In this document: positions 18,686 through 27,662 of the stretch, in pieces
Position numbering within the stretch: the first letter of the stretch is position 1
How the letters are laid out: each line of letters opens with the position of its first letter
Origin: Flavobacteriales bacterium
GTDB taxonomy: Bacteria; Bacteroidota; Bacteroidia; Flavobacteriales_F; PHOS-HE28
Direction of reading: 5' to 3'
Assembly: GCA_046329105.1 (NCBI GenBank)
Contig: JAXLVH010000001.1
Location: forward strand, 614,686 to 678,685
Length of the DNA: 64,000 bases
Translations under genes and position numbers: made by a program
The notes under the pieces: model-generated
Told to the model about the DNA's origin: nothing
Database searches by the model: none
Seen by the model: the letters and a program-made list of their open reading frames with translations, nothing else

Positions 18686-20572
18686 ATGCGTGCCCTGCTC
18701 GCCCTCAACCCCTATTTCCGCCGCTATTGGGGACGCATGGCGCTGGGCATCTTGTTCACCGCGCTCAGCAGCTTGTTCCAGATCTTCCAGCCGCAGGTGG
18801 TGCGCGAGGCCTTCGACCTCATCGGTACAAGCCTCGCTCTACGCGATCAACCGCTGGACCACGGGCACTTGGACGTTCCTGCCGAGATCAACAGTTGGGT
18901 CGGTTGGACCGGTATCGACCTGGACGCCCGGCTCAACGGAGCTGCCACTGATGAGGACAGGCGTACCAATGTGCGCTGGTTCGTCGCGTTCTATGCCCTG
19001 CTGTTCGTGGCTTTCACGCTGCTTCAAGGCTTCTTCATGTTCCTCATGCGCCAGACGATCATCGTGGTGAGCCGCCTGATCGAATACGACCTGAAGAACG
19101 ACATTTTCGCCCACTATCAGCGGCTGGACCGCGGCTTCTACAAGGGCCACAGCACGGGGGACCTGATGAACCGCATCAGCGAGGACGTGGGCAAGGTGCG
19201 CATGTACATCGGTCCGGCCATCATGTACATCCTGGGCATGGTGGTGCTGAGCGTGATGATCGTGTGGGTGATGGTCGGGGTGAATGTGAAGCTCACCCTG
19301 TGGGTGCTGGCACCACTCCCCCTGATGAGCATCGCCATTTATTACGTGAGCGACCTCATGAACAAGCGCGGCCTGGCGGTGCAGGCCCAGCAGAGCGTAC
19401 TCAGCAGCCTAGCGCAGGAGAGCTTCAGCGGGATCCGGGTGATCAAGTCCTTCGCCCGGGAGAAGTTGGTCTTCGGGCGCTTCCGCGATGCGGCGCACAC
19501 TTATCGGGAACGAAGCCTGGACCAGGCCCGGGTGGACGCCATCTTCATGCCGGTGATCATGTTGCTGATCGGCCTGAGCACCGTACTGACCATTTTCGTG
19601 GGGGGGCTCATGGTGATCGATGGCAACAGTTCGGTCACGGTGGGCAACATCGCCGAGTTCACCATTTACGTGAACAAGCTGACCTGGCCCTTCGCCAGCC
19701 TGGGTTGGATCACCTCGCAGGTGCAGCAGGCCGCAGCCAGCATGCAACGCATCAACGAGTTCCTCGGTACGGCCCCCGTCATCAACCCCGGCCCGGTGAA
19801 GTCCAGCACCATCCGGGGAGAGATCACCTTCGAGCAGGTCTCCCTCACCTACCCTGAGACCGGGATCGAGGCACTGAAGGACGTGAGCTTCACCGTTCCC
19901 GTGGGCGGCACGCTGGCCATCACAGGCCGTACCGGGTGCGGCAAGACCACCATCGCGGGACTCATCGGGCGTTTGCACGACCCTACCACCGGCCGTGTGC
20001 TCATCGATGGTATTCCGATCCGGGAATACGACCTCGGCACGCTGCGTCGCCAGGTAGGTCAGGTGCCGCAGGATGTCTTCCTGTTCAGCGATACGATCGA
20101 CCGGAACATCGCTTTCGGGCTTCACGAGGAACTGTCGGCAACCGAACGCGAGACACGGATCCGCGCGGCCGCCGCCACCGCACATGTCCACCAGAACATC
20201 ATGGACTTTCCCAACGGGTACGGGACCATCTTGGGTGAACGGGGCGTCACCCTGAGCGGTGGCCAAAAGCAACGAGTGAGCATTGCCAGGGCCGTGGTGG
20301 GCGAGCCGCGCATCCTGGTATTCGACGACCCGCTCAGTGCGGTGGACACGGCCACGGAGGCGGCCATATTGAACTCCCTGGAAACGGTGATGGAAGGCCG
20401 CACTACCGTGATCATCAGCCATCGGATCAGCGCTGTGCAACGGGCCGACCGGGTGCTCGTGCTGGAGGATGGACGCATCGCCGAGCAGGGTACCCATGCC
20501 GAACTTCTTGCGATGAGGGGCTTGTACGCCACCCTGCACGAGGAGCAGTTGTTGGAGGAGCAGCGGATCTGA
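18686..20572 (+). CDS. ABC exporter, fused permease/ATPase (MdlA/MsbA-like)
   Basis: TMD with STGDLMNRISEDV; Walker A GRTGCGKT, LSGGQKQR, FDDPLSAVD, ISHR; TACTTTCG box at 18669-18676 supports the 18686 start. Confidence 0.93.
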   Translation: MRALLALNPYFRRYWGRMALGILFTALSSLFQIFQPQVVREAFDLIGTSLALRDQPLDHGHLDVPAEINSWVGWTGIDLDARLNGAATDEDRRTNVRWFVAFYALLFVAFTLLQGFFMFLMRQTIIVVSRLIEYDLKNDIFAHYQRLDRGFYKGHSTGDLMNRISEDVGKVRMYIGPAIMYILGMVVLSVMIVWVMVGVNVKLTLWVLAPLPLMSIAIYYVSDLMNKRGLAVQAQQSVLSSLAQESFSGIRVIKSFAREKLVFGRFRDAAHTYRERSLDQARVDAIFMPVIMLLIGLSTVLTIFVGGLMVIDGNSSVTVGNIAEFTIYVNKLTWPFASLGWITSQVQQAAASMQRINEFLGTAPVINPGPVKSSTIRGEITFEQVSLTYPETGIEALKDVSFTVPVGGTLAITGRTGCGKTTIAGLIGRLHDPTTGRVLIDGIPIREYDLGTLRRQVGQVPQDVFLFSDTIDRNIAFGLHEELSATERETRIRAAAATAHVHQNIMDFPNGYGTILGERGVTLSGGQKQRVSIARAVVGEPRILVFDDPLSAVDTATEAAILNSLETVMEGRTTVIISHRISAVQRADRVLVLEDGRIAEQGTHAELLAMRGLYATLHEEQLLEEQRI

Positions 20573-20798
20573 GGCTCTCTGGCCCCCTTGGTACCGGGCG
20601 CACATTGGGGGATGGCGCGGACCTATCGAAAGACCTGGCACCCGTCCATTGGTCCCCCGTTCGGATCGCCCAATGGCCTCCGATGCATGGTCTCCCGATG
20701 AGCCACTCGACCCGGTCTGACAGGCCCAGCCCGATCTCCGGACGATCACGACGGGGCTGCCGATCCTGACCGGAGTGCTCATCCATCAAGCCTTGTAC

Positions 20799-21081
20799 CG
20801 TGGGATCGCACCACGTTCCGGAGCGAGCGCTGAGCACAGGAGTATGGCGCTTCGGCGGGTTCAGCGTGACAGTGGGGACAAGCGTGTCCAGGACCACTGC
20901 TCTTGAAATCTCTCCATGAACTGTCACGCTGAGCCCGCCGACTGCGCCTATGTGTAGCCGCTCCGGCGATGCGAGGAGCGCTACCACAAACCGATATCGT
21001 TTACGAATACCCGATCCTCAGCTCGTTCAGTCCGCTGGCCTGCAGCGTGGGATCTCACCACGTTCCGGAGCGAGCGCTGAG
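20799..21081. repeat. Composite intergenic repeat: 36-bp direct repeats enclosing a tail-to-tail REP pair
   Basis: cgtgggatc(g/t)caccacgttccggagcgagcgctgag at 20799-20834 and 21046-21081; REP copies at 20847-20872 and 20921-20941 match the 11.4-11.8 kb family. Confidence 0.85.
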
Positions 21082-21084
21082 ATC

Positions 21085-21121
21085 AAAAAAAAGGAACGCC
21101 CGGTGTTCGTCCGGGCGTTCC
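21085..21121 (-). terminator. Rho-independent terminator of the CUB-repeat gene pair
   Basis: GGAACGCCCGG / CCGGGCGTTCC stem with adjacent A8 (U8 on - strand). Confidence 0.85.
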
Positions 21122-21139
21122 TGAAGGATCGTGCTCTAC

Positions 21140-24100
21140 TCAGTGCGCCACCTGCAACTGTTCGGTCTTCGACCAGTCGTCGGTGTACAGGCGTACGGCA
21201 TAGGTCCCGTTCGCCAGAACGCCCAGGTCAAAGCGCTCGGTCCGGGCCGCATTGGCGCTGAAGCGCTCGCTCATCACCAGGCGACCGGTCATGTCCAGCA
21301 CATCCATGCTCACCAGACCTGTGAGCCCATCGGCGGTGCGCACGTACAACTCCCCGGTCGTGGGATTGGGGAACATGGCGAAGTGGTCCACCGTGAACTC
21401 GTTCTCTCCCACCAATCCGCAACTCACGCTCCAGTATAGCGCCGGGGTGGCCTGTCCGGTGGCGCATGAGCCAGCTTGGCTGCTGATCACCAGCACGGTA
21501 AGGGCGTTGGCCGGATTGCTGCTCGAAATGGACAGACCTCCGATCTGCCCACCCTGGTTGCCCATGTACACGATCTGCGCCGTGGTATCCAACCCGTTGT
21601 ACACTTGGATGTAGTCGTTGACCAGAAGCTGCCCGTACTCGAAGGTGACCGTGATGGGGTCCGAGGTACCACTGGCGTACACGAACCATGCGGTATCCGC
21701 ATTGGAGTAGCAATACTCCTGGCCCACGGCATCGCATGCGAGGGTGACACAGCTATCGGGCGCCAAGAAATACGCAGGGCTCACCTGTTTGCACAAGGGG
21801 GTGTTCACGCTCTGCACGACCACATTCCCCGTTGCGCCCAAGGGGAAGGGTCCAACCGTGTACGTCCCGGTATGAACACCTGTAAGGGTGTCGCCATTGA
21901 AGGTATTGCGGATGAGGAGATCCGTGGTGTTCTGGCCGAGGTCGGTCACATTCACATCAACCGAGAATCCATTGTGGATGCAATCGGGCACCATTTCGAA
22001 GGTGGCCGTGGGCGGGGTGCAGTCCAGGCAGTACACGTTCCAGATCCACTCGGTCATGCTACCGCTGGAACAAGAGATGCTCGGGTCAGAACTCATTTCC
22101 ATGTAGATCGAGTCGCCAATGCTGACCACGGTGGTATCCGTGAGGTTGGTCGTTAAGAAACCGTTCGTCCAGAGCAGGGTTCCCGTGTTGTCCGATCCAT
22201 CGTAGATGGACAGATGATCCCACGAGGCACTCTCGATGGTTCCTTGCAGGAACTGGATCACCAGTGGCGCGCCGCTCGTGCTGGTGTACAGCCAGTGGTG
22301 GAAATCGCTGAGTTGATAGCAGTAGCTGTCCTCGTAGATCACGGAGTCCGCGCAATCGATGATGATCGGGCAGAATGCATTCTCCAGGACACCGAGGTTC
22401 ACGTTGCACAGGGAGTTGGAGTCGTTCACCAAGGTGAGCGTGACCGGTGTGCCAACGGGGAAGGGACCGGCGGTGTACGTGCCCGGCGCGGTGATCACCG
22501 TGGGAGGCAGGCCGACGTCGTTCGTCAGGTCCACCGAGGGGTCGTTGCCCATCGCGGTCACATCCACCGACACGGACCAGATCTGCGCATCGCAATCGGT
22601 GGTGATCTCCCCGACCGTGGCCGTAACGGGAGAACAGTCCAGGCAATCCACCGTCCACTGCCACATGGTCTGGTTCCCGGTCGCACAGGACACGCTGCCG
22701 TCGGAACTCATCACCATATAAATGGAACCACTCGGCGCGATCAGTGGCGGCAGGGTGGACAGGTCTGTACCACCGAACGTGTTCGTGAAGAGCAGGTTCC
22801 CCGTATTGTCCGTGCCGTCGTAGATGTCCAGATGGTCGAAACTCACGCTTTCGATGGTGCCCGCGCTGAAATCCAGCGCCAGGGGCAGGCCCTCGTTGTC
22901 CTGGTACAGCCATTGGTGCGAATCGCTGTTCAAATAGCAGTAACTCTGATCCAGGGCCGGGTTGGCACAAGGGATGATCAACGGGCAGAAGGCGTTCTCG
23001 AACACCCCCAGATCCACGTTGCAGAGCGCGTTGGCATCGTTCACCACGGTGAGGGTGATCGGAACCCCCACCGGGAAAGGACCTGCGGTGTACGAACCCG
23101 GCGCACTCACCACGGTAGGCGGATAGCCCTGATCGTTCGCGATCTCCACTTGTGGATCGGTCCCGAGGTCGGAGATCTCCACGGAGATCGAGAAGATCTG
23201 TCCGTCGCAATCGGTGGTCACCTGGCCGGCCGTGGCCGTGGGCGGCACACAATCGAGGCAGCCCACCACGTAATCCCACGGCAGCGCGCTGCCATCGGAA
23301 CAACTGGTGAACTGGGTGGAGGTCAGTTTGAGCGTGAGTGCGAAGTCGGGGTTGGAGGAGGTGAAGAACATCCCGCTGAGGTCACCATTGGTGCCCGTTC
23401 CCTGATAGATGATCGGGGCTTGATCATTCAAGCCATCGTAAATGGTGAGCAGGTCCCCATCGAACTGGTAGATGCCACCGCTGTTGAACTGGAGGCGCAC
23501 CGGGAACCCGTTGTTCCCCTGGAAGATCTGGATGAAGGTCTCGGAATTTCCGTAGCAGTATGAATACTGATCCGGACCACAACTGATGATCGGACAGGGG
23601 TAGTTGGTCAGCGGGCCCGAGCTCACGTTGCACAGGGAGTTGAGTTCATTCTCCAGAACCACCGTTACCGTGGTTCCTTGTGCGAAGGGACCCACGGTGT
23701 AGGAGCCCGTTGCGGTGGCCGTTACCACCGGCGCACCGCCCGTGTTGGTGATGTCGATCGACGGATCGGATCCCATGGCGGTAACATCCACCACCACATT
23801 GAAGATCCCAAGTGCGCAGTCCAGATCGACAGCGAACGTGGCCTGTGGCTGTACGCAGTCCAGACAGCCCACCTGCCATGCCCAGGAAGTGAAACTGCCC
23901 GTGGAGCACGATACGCTGGCATCCGAACTCATCTGCATGAAGATGTTCGGGCCGGTGCTGATGGCCAGCACACCTGTGAGGTCCTGCGTGCTGAAGACAC
24001 CCGCGTGTGTGAACAGGATCGGGTATGAGTTGTCGGGACCATCGTAGATCGTGAGGTGGTCCCAGTTGTCGCTTTCGATCTGGCCTGCACTGAAAATAAG

Positions 24101-24325
24101 CGCCAGTGAGGTGGTCCCATCAGAACTCGTGTACAGCCAGCTCTGCGAATCGCTGGGGCCATAGCAATAGGTCTCATCCAGCGGTGGCGCACCACAGGTG
24201 ATGATGTTCTCCCCCGGGGGCGCTGCCGGTGGTGCCAGCGGAACGGGCAAGGGCACCAGGGCCATGGCCTTGAGGGTGAGCAGGGTGGAGCCTATCGCGG
24301 CCAAGCGTAACGTACGGACGTTCAT
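21140..24325 (-). CDS. T9SS type-A CTD protein with five Cys-rich CUB-like repeats (1061 aa)
   Basis: Signal peptide; ~205-aa unit YCY..W.Y..F..G.IE..DHL.IYDG..SD.SVSC..W.W.V.CLDC; CTD MFPNPTTG..LANGTYAV. Confidence 0.88.
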   Translation of the reverse strand: MNVRTLRLAAIGSTLLTLKAMALVPLPVPLAPPAAPPGENIITCGAPPLDETYCYGPSDSQSWLYTSSDGTTSLALIFSAGQIESDNWDHLTIYDGPDNSYPILFTHAGVFSTQDLTGVLAISTGPNIFMQMSSDASVSCSTGSFTSWAWQVGCLDCVQPQATFAVDLDCALGIFNVVVDVTAMGSDPSIDITNTGGAPVVTATATGSYTVGPFAQGTTVTVVLENELNSLCNVSSGPLTNYPCPIISCGPDQYSYCYGNSETFIQIFQGNNGFPVRLQFNSGGIYQFDGDLLTIYDGLNDQAPIIYQGTGTNGDLSGMFFTSSNPDFALTLKLTSTQFTSCSDGSALPWDYVVGCLDCVPPTATAGQVTTDCDGQIFSISVEISDLGTDPQVEIANDQGYPPTVVSAPGSYTAGPFPVGVPITLTVVNDANALCNVDLGVFENAFCPLIIPCANPALDQSYCYLNSDSHQWLYQDNEGLPLALDFSAGTIESVSFDHLDIYDGTDNTGNLLFTNTFGGTDLSTLPPLIAPSGSIYMVMSSDGSVSCATGNQTMWQWTVDCLDCSPVTATVGEITTDCDAQIWSVSVDVTAMGNDPSVDLTNDVGLPPTVITAPGTYTAGPFPVGTPVTLTLVNDSNSLCNVNLGVLENAFCPIIIDCADSVIYEDSYCYQLSDFHHWLYTSTSGAPLVIQFLQGTIESASWDHLSIYDGSDNTGTLLWTNGFLTTNLTDTTVVSIGDSIYMEMSSDPSISCSSGSMTEWIWNVYCLDCTPPTATFEMVPDCIHNGFSVDVNVTDLGQNTTDLLIRNTFNGDTLTGVHTGTYTVGPFPLGATGNVVVQSVNTPLCKQVSPAYFLAPDSCVTLACDAVGQEYCYSNADTAWFVYASGTSDPITVTFEYGQLLVNDYIQVYNGLDTTAQIVYMGNQGGQIGGLSISSSNPANALTVLVISSQAGSCATGQATPALYWSVSCGLVGENEFTVDHFAMFPNPTTGELYVRTADGLTGLVSMDVLDMTGRLVMSERFSANAARTERFDLGVLANGTYAVRLYTDDWSKTEQLQVAH

Positions 24326-24444
24326 GCGGTGATCGGTTTTCGGTGCGAGCCGTGTACTGGGCTAGACCGGGCGAATGTAGTCAGCCGCACCGATCGCCCA
24401 CTGGCCTTGATCGGGTCCAGTTATGAAGGCTGAGCCGGTACGTT

Positions 24445-27400
24445 TCAGTGCCGCAATTCCACCGCTGTCACCACGGACCGCGTGGTGGTGGATAATCGCA
24501 GCGCGTACCGTCCATCGGCCAGCCCGCCCAGGTCCAGCAGCATCGCTCCGCCTGCATGGGGCAACGATCGTGTTTCCTGCACCTTTCGACCGGCCGGGTC
24601 GAACACCTCGGCCCGCACCACCTCGATGCCCGGCCATGGCACCATGACCTGGACCATACCGGTGCTGGGATTCGGGAAGAGCCCAACGGCCGTTCCACCC
24701 GCCAGGTCCAGCCCGGTGAATCCACAGCCGACCGACCAGTGCAGTGCGGGGGTCGCCTCCCCCGTGGCGCAAGAACCCGTTCCGTCGCTCACGACCTGAA
24801 CCAGCAACGCATTGTCCGGGTTGTTGCTCGTGAGGGAATACCCCGAAATGTCGCCACCGAAATTCCCCGCGTACACCAGTTGGGCGTCGGTGGTCAGTCC
24901 GTTGAAGACGCGGATCTGGTCCCCGGGCAGCAGTTGCCCACTGTTGAAGAAGATGGTCACCGGGACGCTCTCGCCACTCGTGTAGATGAACCAGACCGTG
25001 TCCGCATCGGCGTAACAATGCTCCACCTGCAGCAGGTCGCAAGCCGTGATCACACAGGCCGCAGCGGGCAATGCGAGCTGCTCACTCACCGTACTGCAGA
25101 ACGGATTGGATCCATTGATCACCGACACCTGCACCCCGACGCCCATGGGAATGGGACCGATGACCGTGTTGCCCAAGCCGATGCCGCTGAGCGTGTCCCC
25201 GCTCCATGAGTCGGTGATGAGCACGTCGTCCCCTGAACCCAGGCCGGTCACGTTCACATCAACGTTGTACCGGTTGTGCGGACAATCGGCGACCGTTCCG
25301 AACGTGGCCTGCGGATCCGTGCAACTGATGCAGCCCACCGTCCACACCCAGGGCGTCATGGCCCCACTGGCGCAGGACACACTGTAGTCCGAGGTCATCC
25401 GCATGTAGAGCACGTTGCCCGTGCCTGCCACGGTGAGCCCGGCCAGTTGTTCGGTGCTGTTGAGCACGTGATCGTACAACACCGGGGCGGCCTGATCGGG
25501 GCCGTCGTAGATGGTCAGATGGTCGTACGCCGCGTTCTCGATGGTGCCCGCGGAGAACACGATACCCAGCGGTGATGCGCCCGAACTCTGGTAGAGCCAT
25601 TGTTCGGTATCGTATTCCCCGTAGCAGTATGTATGTTCCTGCAGCGGGGCCTCACAATCCACGGGCGTGGCGCACACGGTGCCCAGGAAGGTACCCAGCG
25701 GCGCGGCACAAAGGACGTTCTCGGCGTTCATTACCCCAAGGGCAACGGGGACGCCCGCGAGGAACGGACCTGCCATGTACGAGCCCGCAGCCGTCACCTC
25801 CACTGGTGGAAGACCCGCATCGTTGGTGATCAGCACCGTGTCCGCGGAACCCATATCCATGAGGTTGACCGGGACCGTGAAGCTCTGCGCGTCGCAATCG
25901 ATCGCCACATCCCCGGCCGTGGCCGTGGCCGTTTCGCAATCCAGGCAGTCCACCGTCCACACCCAGGATGTCATACTACCACTGGCACACGATACGCTGA
26001 GGTCGGAGGTCATGCGCATGAACAAGGACGTGCCTGTGCCCATCACCGTGAGGCCTGCCAATTGTTCGGTACCACCAAGCACGTGGTCGTACAATATCGG
26101 CGCCGCCTGATCGGTACCGTCGTGGATCGTCAAATGGTCGTACGCGGCGTTCTCGATGGTACCTGCCGAGAATACGATACCCAGCGGGGCCGGGCCCGAA
26201 CTCTGGTAAAGCCACTCTTCGGTATCGTACTCGCCGTAACAATAGGTCTGTTCCAATGGCGGCTCCTCGCAATCCACGATCGTGGCGCACATGGTGTTGA
26301 TGAAGGATCCCAGGGATACGGAACAAAGGGTATTCTCCCCGTTCTCAAGCACGAGTGCCACAGGCGTTCCTATGGGGAAAGGTCCGGCCGTGTACACACC
26401 CGTTCCGTTCACGTCCGTGGGTGGCAAACCCGCATCATTCGTGATCTGCAGCGCTTCGGCGGAACCCATGTCGGTCACGTTCACAAGCACCGAGAATCCC
26501 TGCGCTCCACAATCGGTCTCCACCTCCCCCACTGTTGCGGAGGCCGGTTCACAGTCCAGGCAGCCCACGGTATAGTTCCATTCCGGGGTCAACCCGCCAT
26601 CGGTGCAACTGAAACTGCTGTTCGACGTGAAACGGATGGTGAGCGCGTGGTCGGGATTGGTGGACGTTACGGTGATCCCGGTGAGGTCCCCGTTGTTGCC
26701 GATGCCCGAGAAGAGCACTGGATCCTGCGGTGTGAAGCCGTCGTGGATGGTGAGCGGATCATTGCCCGTGTTGGTCACCATGCCGCTGGTGAAGGTGATC
26801 CGCAACGGATAGCCCTGATCGCCTTGGAAGGTCTGTATGAGATACGCGTTGTTCGGGTAGCAGTAGGTGTAGGTCTCGGGGCCGCAGCCCACGATCGCGC
26901 ATCCACCATTGGTCAGGTCGTTCATCGCCACGTTGCAGCCCGGATTCCCCGCGTGCATCACCACCAGATCAACGATCGCGCCGAACGGGAAAGGCCCGAT
27001 GCTGTACGTGCCGGTCTGCAAGCCCCCGAGGTTGCTGGGGGCGCCATTGTTCACCGTCCAGTTCAATCCGACGGAAGGCGCATCGCCCAGGCTCTGCACC
27101 TCCACCTCCACACTGAACTGCTGGGCCCCGCAATCGTTGATGATGCTGGTGGAGGCCACAGGGGGATCGCAACCCGGGTTCGACATCAGGACCGTTGAAG
27201 CATGGCATACCTGCGCGGTGTTGCACAGGCTGTCGGTGTTCCAATGGGCGAAAAGATCCTGTGCGGTGGTCGCCTCCACGGTCAGGGGCGAGTCCCCCTG
27301 CCCCACCACCGGTCCATCGTACGCGCCTTCGCGCACGGTCACCCAACCACCACCTCCGTAAATAAAGGTGTACGAGGCACTCGGGATGATCCCGGTCACC

Positions 27401-27573
27401 ACCGCGAACTCCGTTTGCCAGCAACAGGTATGGATGGTGGTTGTTTGTCCTCCGGTGAGCGGCGTGATGGCGTTGGCGGGGTATTGTGATGTGTTGAGGC
27501 ATTGTGCGTTCAACTGTGCGGAGAGCAGGATGAGCGCGATCGTCGCCAGCATGTGCTTTGGCATGTGTTGCAT
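24445..27573 (-). CDS. T9SS type-A CTD protein with four CUB-like repeats (paralog of 21140..24325)
   Basis: Signal ..LATIALILLSAQLNA/QC; same repeat unit; CTD LFPNPSTG..LADGRYAL; start could be 27573, 27564 or 27552. Confidence 0.87.
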   Translation of the reverse strand: MQHMPKHMLATIALILLSAQLNAQCLNTSQYPANAITPLTGGQTTTIHTCCWQTEFAVVTGIIPSASYTFIYGGGGWVTVREGAYDGPVVGQGDSPLTVEATTAQDLFAHWNTDSLCNTAQVCHASTVLMSNPGCDPPVASTSIINDCGAQQFSVEVEVQSLGDAPSVGLNWTVNNGAPSNLGGLQTGTYSIGPFPFGAIVDLVVMHAGNPGCNVAMNDLTNGGCAIVGCGPETYTYCYPNNAYLIQTFQGDQGYPLRITFTSGMVTNTGNDPLTIHDGFTPQDPVLFSGIGNNGDLTGITVTSTNPDHALTIRFTSNSSFSCTDGGLTPEWNYTVGCLDCEPASATVGEVETDCGAQGFSVLVNVTDMGSAEALQITNDAGLPPTDVNGTGVYTAGPFPIGTPVALVLENGENTLCSVSLGSFINTMCATIVDCEEPPLEQTYCYGEYDTEEWLYQSSGPAPLGIVFSAGTIENAAYDHLTIHDGTDQAAPILYDHVLGGTEQLAGLTVMGTGTSLFMRMTSDLSVSCASGSMTSWVWTVDCLDCETATATAGDVAIDCDAQSFTVPVNLMDMGSADTVLITNDAGLPPVEVTAAGSYMAGPFLAGVPVALGVMNAENVLCAAPLGTFLGTVCATPVDCEAPLQEHTYCYGEYDTEQWLYQSSGASPLGIVFSAGTIENAAYDHLTIYDGPDQAAPVLYDHVLNSTEQLAGLTVAGTGNVLYMRMTSDYSVSCASGAMTPWVWTVGCISCTDPQATFGTVADCPHNRYNVDVNVTGLGSGDDVLITDSWSGDTLSGIGLGNTVIGPIPMGVGVQVSVINGSNPFCSTVSEQLALPAAACVITACDLLQVEHCYADADTVWFIYTSGESVPVTIFFNSGQLLPGDQIRVFNGLTTDAQLVYAGNFGGDISGYSLTSNNPDNALLVQVVSDGTGSCATGEATPALHWSVGCGFTGLDLAGGTAVGLFPNPSTGMVQVMVPWPGIEVVRAEVFDPAGRKVQETRSLPHAGGAMLLDLGGLADGRYALRLSTTTRSVVTAVELRH

Positions 27574-27662
27574 GGGCTTGTAGATGGTCGTGGGGGTCGG
27601 TGAATGGACTCCGGGAGGAAGGGCCAAGGTGCCCGAATATCGGTGGATAAGCGATCGGTGGC

